A stretch of DNA of 64,000 nt from contig NW_008246102.1 of NCBI RefSeq assembly GCF_000281045.1, positions 178,992-242,991 on the forward strand. Reading direction: 5' to 3'. Made by a program: the position numbers and the translations under genes. The DNA is from Saprolegnia diclina VS20. Lineage: Eukaryota. Positions 10,236 to 21,126 of this stretch are shown piece by piece (position 1 is the stretch's first letter; every line of letters begins with the position of its first letter). A model generated the notes under the pieces. It searched no databases. It had not been told where the DNA came from and saw nothing but the letters and a program-made list of their open reading frames with translations.

Positions 10236-13200
10236 ATGAATCTCGTCGACGCAGTGACTCGTGGCGACACGTCGACGGTTGACGCGCTCCTTCTAGACGG
10301 CGTCGATCCCGACAGCTGCAACTTTGTACCCGCGTCCACGCACCAACACGCCATCATGCTGCGAAATGCAATTTAGGAGGGCACCCCAGCGCTTAATATT
10401 GCGGCGGCGGAAGGACACTTGGACATCGCTGCACTGCTCCTCAAGGCGGGTGCCTCGGTCAACTTAGGTCAACGGGTACACATCTCGAGTCCACTTCCTT
10501 GTCTTCATGTTGGACGGCATTAGAGTGGGCGGACACCGCTCATGGTGGCTGCGTATTTCGGCTTTGTTGAGCTTGCGCGCCTTCTTCTCGACCACGATGC
10601 TGATGTCAACCAGACCACCGCGGTAAATCATACGGTCCATGCGCAACGATCGCTTCATTGGGTTCGTAGACCGGCACGGCGCTCGGCTACGCCATTAGCG
10701 GTGGCCATGAAGACGTTGTCGAGGTGCTCGTCGCCGCTGGTGCAAATGTGCACGTAGATAATCAAGTGGTACGTTGCGCGCCGCCCCGGCGACGCCATCA
10801 GGATGAATAATGTAGAGCAAAGTGTCGCCCATCTTGCTCGCGGCAAACCAAGGTCACGTGGCCATTGCTTCGCGACTGCTCGCCGCTGGCGCCGCGGTTT
10901 CGGATGTCGATATGGTACATCCACTACGACAGTGTTGCGAGGGCTCTGAGTACATGACAGAACGGAAATGGCGTCATCTACCATGCCGCCATGCAAGGTC
11001 ATACGGACATGATATATTGTCTCGTGCGCAATAAGGCGGATCCGAATGCTACGTCGCCGGTACATGGCCCTCTCGTAATAACTTGGCGCGTTCATGCTCT
11101 TCTCAGTCAGGCACTTCGCCGCTGTATGTCGCCAGCGCGAAGGGACATATTGACGCGATCAAAGCCTTGCTCGACGCCGGCGCCAACATCCGCAACCCTG
11201 CAGCGGTCCGAGTCGATACTTGACCGCGATAAAGCTGATCGGTGGTGTAGGACTCGTGCATGGTCGCTGCGGCCATGCATGGCCACTCGGAGATTGTAGC
11301 GTTCCTGCTCCAAGCAGGAGCTGACGTGAATTGGACGACTTCGGTACCCAACACCCTTTGTTGTCTGACGTGGACGAAGCGTGGATAGTTGGGCATCACA
11401 GCGCTGCACTCAGCCGCGTACTGTGGCCACGCGCACATCGTGCGGCAGCTAGCGTATGCGGCAGCCAAGCTCGATGCGCGGACCTTTGTACGTTTGACGG
11501 CCAATGATCACACTCATCGCGCGTGCAGGACGGGAATACGCCCGTGACATTTTCTCAAAACAAGGGGCATGCAGAGGTCCTTGCGGTCCTGCATGAAGTG
11601 CGCGTCAAAGTAGTCTCCCTCCCACCAGCGGGCACGACTTCACACTCGTGTTGACGACGTAGAAAATGGAGATGTTGCATGCCGCCCGCCACGGTGACGT
11701 CAACACTGTCCAAGCTCTGCTTGCGGAAGGTCTCAGCGTCAACGAGACGGACGAGGTACATCAACAATGTCTCCCCTGCTAAAGTGCCGGCTAGCATGCG
11801 AATACGTTGCTGCATCTGGCTCTCCTCGGTCGGCACGACGACCTAGTGTCGGAGCTCCTGAAGGTCCCATTGGTGGAGCTCGACACCTGCAACGAGGTCT
11901 CGACACCCATTGAAACATTGAAACGAAGCACGTTTTTTGTAGTTTGGCGAGTCCCCGGTAGCAATTGCAACCAAGTTGGGAAGTCGGTCGCTCGTTCGCG
12001 AGTTGCATGCCGCACACGCTCCCACCGCTACGCAGGTATAACAACATGCGTCGGCCGTTGCCCATCAGTAGTAGGTGGCGGCACGCCCGACGGCAAACCT
12101 GCAAGTGCTCGGCCGCGGCAGCTACGGCATCGTCTTCAAGGATCAACTTTCTGGTCAAGACGTAGCGCTCAAGACAGTCGTGAACTCGAGCAGTGAGGCC
12201 GCCAAGAACCTCCAATATGAGATCCACGTCCTCGAACAGTAAGGCTTTTGTGACTTGAACTCACGTCACTGACTATGTCTATAGCACCCCGTCGCCGTAC
12301 CTTGTGCGGCTGCTTGCGACGGCGGATGCCGCATCGAACGCGCCGCAGCTCTTTTTCGAGTACATGGACAGCGGCAACCTTACCTCGTACCTCGAGAAGG
12401 TGGCCAAGGACGAAGAGAGCCTTGTCACCTACACGCCCATCGAGATTCTCTGGGTCGTTGCTAACGCGCTCTACGACCTCCACGCCAAGAGCGTCGTCCA
12501 TCGTGACATCAAGCCCGACAACATCCTCCTCTCCTCCAAATACTACATCAAGGTGGGTGACGTCGGCATCGCCAAGGAGGCGACGACGAACATGACGACG
12601 GGGGCTGGCACCAACAAGTGGCGCGCGCCCGAAGTGCTAACGTCCGGAAGTCGCTACGGCACACCCGCCGACATTTACTCGTTTGGGATTCTCCTCCAGA
12701 CGCTGTACCCTAACCCTACCGATGCAAGCACTCAGTGGGTCACGACCCTTGCAGCAGACTGCACGGCAGTGGATCCAACGCGGCGTCCGACGGCGGCCAA
12801 GCTCATCAGCATATTGCTGCCCAAGCTGCAGTCGTACGGTCTATCGTGTCTTGCGATGTACAACTTGTCATGTACTGTAGACAGCAGCACCTCGTGGCGT
12901 CGATGCCGGTCTTTGAGAAAGCCCGAGCGGTTCGTATTTGCAACAATTTCAATCGCTTTATGGTACCGCTACAATTAGGCAGTCCTCCAAGAGGTCGAGG
13001 CCATCGTTGTCCCACCGCGGGAAGTGTCCGAGACGACGACGTGCAGCAAGGAGCCCCCCATCATTGCTTCGGTATGCGTTTCCACGCCACTTGGGTGCCT
13101 CACGTTGGAGTCTACTAGCTGCAGACTGAAGCGCCTCTCAGCGTATGTCACGGCTTGTCTTTGACGACATTAAGAACGAAACGTCATCGCCGAGTGTAGA

Positions 13201-16200
13201 AGGAGGCTCAATTCCTACAAGCCGTGCGTGTCGGCGACGTGGACACGGTGCGCGCCTTCCTTGCGAGTGGCGTCCACCCCGATAGCTCGTACGAGGTACG
13301 ACGTCATTGTTGTTGTGGGTGCTGGACAAATGTGCTAGTCGCGCGAGACTGCACTCTCATTCGCAGTGTCTCGTGGCCACCTCGAGATGGTGAATTTGCT
13401 ACTTGCATACAATGCAAATGTCAACGTTGCGGCGACGGTACACGCGTCATCGTTATACGTTACCATCCAGGCGTACGGTAGAACGGCTTGACGCCACTGC
13501 ACGAAGCAGCTCCATACAGCACGGTCGTGATGCTTCAAAAGCTCCTCGGCGTCCCCAACATCCACCTCAACCCGCGCGATATCGTACGCAGCGCTGCGCT
13601 TCCTTGTCTCATCGGCATTGGCGTAGAAACAACGCACGCCTCTGCATTATGCGCTGCATTTTGCGCTGGATAACCTTCCGGCAAACGTCACCGCGCTCGT
13701 GTGCGCTGGCGCCGACCTGGAAGCGGCCGACGACGTAGGTCAACACAAAGGAAAGATGCAACTTCTATGAAATCATAGGAGCTCAATCGGCCGCTGCACT
13801 ACGCTGCGATGCTCGGCAACCTGGCCATGACCACGCTCCTTCTTCAGCACAACGCGCGAATCAACGAGCGCAACAAGGTGCAGGCGAGTCCTGTGCGCCG
13901 GTAAAGATATGTCTTTTAGGACGGCGAGACGCCTCTGTTTGCTGCGATGGTGCGCGAGCATACCAAAGTGGCGGCGCTGCTATTGAGTGAGCAAGCCAAC
14001 GCCAATGTCCTCGTGGTACTCGCTCTGTCTCGTGTTGGACGTGGCCGCCATGCAAATCGACGTAGAACGGACAGAGTGTGCTCCACTGTGCCTGTGAGCG
14101 TGGTCTTGCCGACATCATCCTGCTGCTTCTCGCGAAGAAGGCCGACGTCAATGCCAAGCATGTACCACTCGACGCCAAAGACGCTCAGAAGCCACATGAC
14201 GCTATGTAGAATGGATACTCGCCGCTCGCGGCAGCGGTTGTCGGCGGGCACACAGACGTCGCCGCCATCCTCCTCTTGCTGCCCCACATTGACCGCAACG
14301 AACGCCACGAGGTAGACGCTTGCCTTCGTACATGTCGTAATGCGCCGGTGGTCGCAGAGTGGCTTGACGTTGATGCACTTGGCAGTGAGCTCGGGCAACG
14401 CCGACGTTGTCCGAATTCTGCTCCAGGCTGGTTTCGACTTTGACGAAAGAGACAGCACGGTACGAAGATACGATGCCTCTTGTCGCGGGTGCGGGAGGCG
14501 ATGAGTTAGATGCTTTTGCGTGCTGTCGACTTGGCCACATGCCTGCAGAACAGCGCCGTGCTCGAGGCGTTCCAACCCGTCGAGGACCATGTACGTCTCC
14601 TTCGGAAGCGACCGCTGTGAATGATGACGTGTGGTTGACCAGCGGCTGGCGTTGATGCTCGCTGTCGGCCGCCACGATGTGACGGGCTTTGCGACGCTCC
14701 TCCAAGAGCCGTACAGCTGCAACGTCTACGATGAGGTACATGCGAGCAGTGGAAGTACGCACGCATCATGTTGAGGACCAGGTCGGGTGCTCGCTGGTGC
14801 ATATGGTGGTGCTTGCGAACAACGAAGCAATCCTCGACCTGCTTCTCGCCAAGCCAAACGTCCGCCTCGCGACGCCGAACCATGTAAAAATACGCTGCGT
14901 CGAGCAACCAGCCCAAGCTGGTGATGTAGCAACACAAGACGCCACTGGCGATGGCCATTGAGCGCGGCTACACGTCGATGGCCAAGAAGCTCTTCCATAC
15001 CGTGCACCCCGCGGTGTATAGGGTAGGCGCCCTTCCTTCGTGCCAGCAGACAATGGATGAGTGTAGATTTCGGCCAGTGACTATACCGTGACGACGACGG
15101 AGCTGGGCGCCGGCGGGTTTGGCATCGTGTACCTAGGTTTGTTCGAGGGCCAAAAGGTCGCGATCAAGAAGGCTCGAAGTGCCAACCACATGGCGTCCAT
15201 CAAGGCTGAAGTCGATGCACTCCTTGCGTACGGCTGCTGGAAGTATACAAGGGTTCTCACTTTTGGCCGCAGGTGCCCGTCGCCGTACCTCGTGCGGCTT
15301 GTCGCGATCGCAGACCTCAACTCGGTGGCGCCAACACTTCTGTTTGAGCACATGGACGGCGGCAGCCTTCGTTCGTTCCTTGACAAGAAGCGGTTGAACC
15401 AACGCACGTCGGCGCGCGTGACCAGCCTTCAAGTGGCGTGGGTCGTCGCCAACGCCTTGAGAGACCTCCATATTAGAAACATGGCGCACCGCGACATCAA
15501 GAGCGACAACGTTCTCTTGAGCTCCAGCGACGAGATCAAGCTCGGTGACATGGGGCTGGCGCGTATTGTGGCAACCGAGATGACGGAAGCACCCGGCACG
15601 CGTCTTTGGATGGCGCCCGAGATCCTTCGCGCCAGCGGCACCTCGTATGGTCTTTCCGCCGACATTTACGCGTTTGGCGTGCTTCTCACCGAGCTCGCCA
15701 CGGGCCAGCTGCCGTACTTTGACCAGAACGTTCAGGACCCGATCGCATTTGTGCGCGGTGTCATCGACGGCACTCTTCGCCCGACGCTGCCGTCCGAGTG
15801 CGAGCTATGGCTGCGCACACTAGCAGACATGTGCCTGCGTGGTGACCCGGCGGATCGCCCGACAGCGGATCAGATCGTTGAGATGCTTCGAAACGAGATG
15901 GTGGCTGTTCCGACAGCGGCCATTGATGTACGCCCCTCGGTGTTTCGTCGGTCACTAAGAACGTTTGGCGCAGGCGCCGACAATGTTCCTGCGTGCGGTG
16001 GCAAGTGACGACGTCGACGTGGTGGCGCATCTCCTCCGCGACGGCCTCTCGCATGGCGCTACACTGCCGGTACGCATCATTTGGGCCCGGCGAATGCGAC
16101 CGCCTGATTGTGTAGGGCGACACCTCCCTCTTGGTGGCGGCGACCAACGCGGGTGCGATCGCGACTGTGCGGCTCCTCCTGGATCGCGGCGCCAACGTCA

Positions 16201-18163
16201 ACGCCTTGATCGTACGTACCGTCCATAAAGAGCCCAGTGACCGTGTGCGGTAGGGCGGTCAAATGCCGCTGCACGAAGCTGCGACTCGCGGCAACGTGGA
16301 CATCCTCCGCCTCTTTTTGGATGCGGGGGCCCACGTCGACGCGCAAGACCACGTACGCATGCTTTGCTTACAGAATTGGCTCCAACCCATATCGCAGGAG
16401 GGCAAGACGCCATTGGCATGCGCAGTTGGTGCGGCAAGCGAGTCGTGCATCAAGCAACTTCTGGCGACGGGGAGCGACGTCTCCATTCCTAAGACGGTCT
16501 CGACACGCTCGATTGCTCGTCGCTCACAGAGGCGTATCATAGAACGGAATGACACCGCTTAAGACTGCGCAAGACGCCGACGAGATAAACGAAGTGCACC
16601 GCTTTGTGCCCTTGCTCTTGCTCGCGACGCACCGGGTACGTTTCCGAGGCAAGCGACGGACACTAAGGCTGCTGTAGGACGATGCGAACGCACCCGAGAT
16701 GTTTTGCATCAACTGCGGCAGTTGGCATCTCGTCGAGGCTGACTGCAGCACGTGTGGGCATCGAGCGTCGACACACGACCGCGTCGTGGCCGTGCTGCGC
16801 CGCTTGATTCAGCTGCACCTACGCGGCCACTCGGTCAACTGGGCGCGGAAGTGCACCACCTGTCGCAAGGAGACCATGCTCATTGTCGACACCATCTGCC
16901 CCGACTGCTCGGAATCACAACCGAGAACGAATGAGGTCAAAACGATGAGCGCGCGCTTGAAGGTGGCGCTCAAGACGCGACGCGTACGACCTGTGTGTGG
17001 CTACGACAGCATTTGAAGCGTCACAACGTAGGCAACCACCGAGGAACGACCGCTTCCGTGCGGCATCCTGCGGTGGCTGACCAACTCGACAACCTCTGCC
17101 GCGCCGTCCCACGAGCCGCTGCGGTTGTACTTGCCTCGGCAAACCTGGACAGGCGGCAACCGCGACACGCCTCGGACCAAACCGTCGCCGCAGCGGACAC
17201 TGGTTGGTGGTAGCGCTACGAGTCGACTCTACCAAGGTTGGCTACGTAGGGTGAGTTTTTGCCGTGGCTCCACGGAGACTGCTTCGGCAATGCCGACCTC
17301 GCCCGCGCCGCGTACGCGGCGGCGGCCGAACCCGTTTTTGAGGCACGACACTGCAACGCGCGCAATCGATGCCCACGCTTGTACTAGGTGCCCCGCGCGG
17401 ACTTGCCCGAGCCTGGCGTTCCGTTCGACTTGCAGGACCGTGTGGTCACGCACCGCTATGTCGGCGACGACGATAATCTTGAGGCTATTGCAGCGTTCGT
17501 GGCAGCGTATGTCGACACGTGAGACTCACACGACCTTGTACGCGTAGTTGCCCGTCACCGTTCCTCGTGACGGTTGTGGCCACTGCGCCGCCATCGAGCA
17601 TGCTTGTCGAGTACGTGGTCAGCAAAAGTCTCCGGTACCAGCTCGACGAGCCGTCGGTGCGTGCGATGTGGCCTGTCGATCCGTCAGTGAAGATGCTATG
17701 CCTCTACACGGTCGCCAACGCCCTCGTGGATCTCCACGCGCACGGCATCGTCCATGGCCACCTCTCGAGCTACGATGTGATTTGGAGCTCCACCGAAATG
17801 TACCAAGTCGACGTCCCCGGCATCGTTGGCCTCGACGAAGCGCGGCTTGCGTGGGTGGCGCCCGAGGTGCTTGCAGGCGACTCGCCACCGTCATTGGCGT
17901 CCGACATGTATGCCTTTGGCGTCGTCATGACCGAGATTGACACGTTCGAGTTGCCCTTTGAAGACGATGGTTTGGACGACCGTGTCGCTTTAACGACGGC
18001 CGTTGTTGACGGCGGCCTGCGTCCAACACTACGCGACGAATGCGACGACTGGTACCGCACACTCGTCGATCGCTGCTTGGCCGCCGATCCGGTGGCGCGC
18101 CCGACGGCATCGGACGTCGCCAACTTTTTGCAAGCGTTCATCCATGATATCGTGACAAATTGA
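10236..18163 (+). CDS. Giant multi-exon ankyrin / tandem-kinase protein, copy B (same architecture as copy A)
   Basis: ATG 10236 (MNLVDAVTRGD...). ANK exons 10236-12035, kinase 1 12075-~12833, linker exons, ANK exons 13200-15022, kinase 2 15067-~15927, ANK exons 15974-16635, Zn-ribbon exon 16678-16983, pseudokinase 17388-18163. Gap-free and splices in frame throughout. Confidence 0.85.
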
Positions 18164-18527
18164 TCGCGACAAAGTGCCCACAAATCTCCATTTAACTCAG
18201 TTTGATGTCTGATATGCATTCGTCATGTTTTGCTCCCTGGGGGGTGGGAGCAAGGGTTTACTAAGCTTGCTCTATGTGACGGTCCTCGCATTATATAAAA
18301 CGTGCTGATCGAAGAGATAAACCACGGGACGTTGCAGAGATGCGGTCGTCTCTGTACCAAAGCGCCTCGTGTCGAGCTCTGAGCTTTCAACGAGCCAAAA
18401 ACGAACGCTTAATGGCGGCAGCTGAGACGCTAGAAGCAGCTCCGATGCCAGTTTTGAGAGAGCGTGTATTCGAGCGATTATAACCGGACCTATTCTAATG
18501 CGAACCTACCCACTAGGAACGAGTGTT

Positions 18528-20292
18528 TTATTTACGTCGCGACTTGGCCGCTCCACTCGGTGCGGCTACGCAACGATGACGCATCCTTGTCACAGACTCG
18601 CACGTACCTCCTATGGACTTTGTCGGATTCTTATTTGCCTTGGTGCTCGGGTTGTTGGCCGCTTTCATCGACGACACTTTGTACGAAGCAATGCTGCCGC
18701 CAGCGTTGGCCAAATTGTTGAGTGCTGCTTGGGGCGCTGGTTTTCGGGCCTTGGTCGTCTCGGCCACATTCGTCGATCGGTAAATATTCTTCTTCTTGCT
18801 CGCGTCCGGCAAGACGACGCCCTTGGTGCCTTTTGCAGCGTTTGGCAGCAGCATCGAGGCATTGATGGGCGGCAGCTCGTTGATCTACTCGCACGTTGCG
18901 TCATCATATGCAAGGTGGACGCAAATTTCACCTCGTATGCCGTCGACTCCTTCTCCGATGCACCGTCCATTGAATATTCATTGTCCTCGTGGGGCTTTGC
19001 CAGCATCGGCAGTGGCCGCACTTTGTCGCCGTCGTCCTACAACATACAATCCTAACATCGTAGTTGGCTCCACTTCCTTGCGTACTTTGGCGCCTTTGGC
19101 GCGGTGTTTTGCGGGCGGCGGGTTGGCCGCCGGGACGCTCGGCTGCTTCCTACCATCGTATCGTTTTAGTACGATGGACAATATTGTCTATAGAAAACAT
19201 ATGGAGACGTACGGCAGTTGGTCTTGGGCCGCCGCGAGTGCCGCTTCTTCGATTTCGCGCATTTCGCGAAAGTACTCGTGCCGAAGGGCTTCGCGCGCGT
19301 TCGTGCGCTTGCTCGGGTCGTACACCAGCATCTTGCACATGAGATCGACCGCTTCCGGCGACGCGTGCGGAATGAGCTTGGCTACCACGTTGCCACGTCA
19401 TTGAAAATTTGAAACAAAATGAAAAATGTAAAAATGTACAGAACACATCGACAAAAATGTAAAAATGTACAGAAAATGTACAATAATGTACCAATGCTCG
19501 TGCCGTCGTCATGAGCAAAGTTAAAGTCGATGTGCGCCGCGCCCTTGCGCCGAAAAACGTCGAGCACATCGGGCAGCGGCGTCCCAAGGATCTTGTGGAT
19601 GCGGTTGATTTGGTCGAGTTCGTTGGAGCCGGGAAAGAGCGGGTACAAGCTCGTGATTTCAAAAAAGACACACCCGACGCCCCAGAGGTCCATTTCGGGG
19701 CCATAATACCCGTCCGTGAGAAGGCACTCGGGCGCACGGTACCAGCGCGTCGAGATGTACTCGGTGTACGGTTGCTTGGAGTAAATGCCCCGGCAGCTGC
19801 CAAAGTCGGCGAGCTTGAGAAACTCGTTGTTCTCGACAAGGATATTCTCGGGCTTGATGTCGCGATGGAAGATGCCCTTGTTGTGCATATGGTCCAATGA
19901 CTTGACGAGCTGGTACATGAGCGACCGAATGAGCTCCGGATTGAGGTACGTTCGTCGACCCCGGATCATCTCGTACAGGTTGGCGTCCATGAGCTCAAAG
20001 ACGAGCGCAAGGCGTCCTAGAAATGGCCACGAGTCGTATCGCCCTCTCAGATCTGGTTGCTCGTACCAGACGGCTGGTCGTACAAGACTTCTTCGAGCTT
20101 GATGATGTGCGGGTGCGGCGAGAGCCGCCGTAGCGCCTGGATCTCTCGGAGATTGTTCACTTGGTCGATCGACTCGAAGTGGTTCTTCATGCACTTGATC
20201 GCATGGTACTTGGAGTCCTTGACGTTCTGCGCCTTGAGCACCTCGGAGAACGTGCCTTCGCCCTTCTTGGACACGAGCCGGTACTTGCGCAT
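18528..20292 (-). CDS. MOK: CMGC/RCK kinase, MOK (RAGE-1 / Chlamydomonas LF4)-like, multi-exon
   Basis: GEGTFSEV, AIKCMK, LREIQALRRL, HRDIKPEN, DFGSCRG and the activation loop YTEYISTRWYRAPECLLTDG, followed by a low-complexity C-terminal tail over several exons. Confidence 0.9.
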
Positions 20293-21126
20293 CGGCGACG
20301 ACGCCCGAGGGATTGTTTGCCGACCTATTTCTGGCGGGCTCCACGCCAGAGCTGCAACCGCCTCGGCTTAAAATACTTGCGACGACCTCTAGTTGTTTGG
20401 TACTAGTCGACTAAGGGGACGTTCAATAAACTTGAAAGCAAGCACGGGCGCAAAAGCCACTTGGACTCCTCGCATCGTACAGCGCCGGCAACTAGTATGT
20501 ACTATAGTATATGATTTCGCGTGTGGTTGGTGTAGACTCGACAGCCATGACGCTGACAATTGCGTAGTCGTCGATGCCTCATGTATTTGACGGTATACTC
20601 CAGTCGAGGTTTTTAGATATCGACTAGAGACGCACTTCGTTCTAGTTGAAGCCGTAGAAACCTACTCGCTATAGGCATGAACCGTTGCTAAAGGTCGTCG
20701 GGTACCGGTATAGTAAGAAGTTGAGTTGAACGAGGCCGGGCGGCTTGCCCACATGAAAAGCTCGGTGAAAAGCTCAACGATACAATGTTGTGTAGTTAGT
20801 CTACATGTACTAACTAAACACCAAAAGAGAGATTGGACAACCCGAACCACATATGTATAGTACGTGTGGTCGAATGAGATATCATACGGCCAATGTACAT
20901 TACAGACTGCTAAAAGCGAGGGCTAGTTGCAAGTTGGGCGGGTGGAAGAAGCCTCGACACCATGCGTCGAACGCCGGCTCTGGCGACGCATCCCCCTCGG
21001 CAGTCGGTCCGATTTTAGCCAATCCCAGGTCGTTCCAAACCTTCTAGCGAATCGGAGATGAGAACACTTTTGGCTGCCCCAATCAGCGCGTGGTCGAAAC
21101 ATCGACGCAAGAGCTTCAGGCCGAGC

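Noticed and set aside
1339..16635. Regular ~145-nt periodicity resembling a CRISPR or spacer array
   Set aside because: There is no identical DNA repeat. The period is a 99-nt ankyrin exon plus a ~46-nt spliceosomal intron.
18230..18265. TTGCTCCC/GGGAGCAA hairpin followed by CTAA, a possible Helitron 3' end or terminator
   Set aside because: Only an 8-bp stem, the CTRR is not followed by T, and no matching 5' end or helicase was found.
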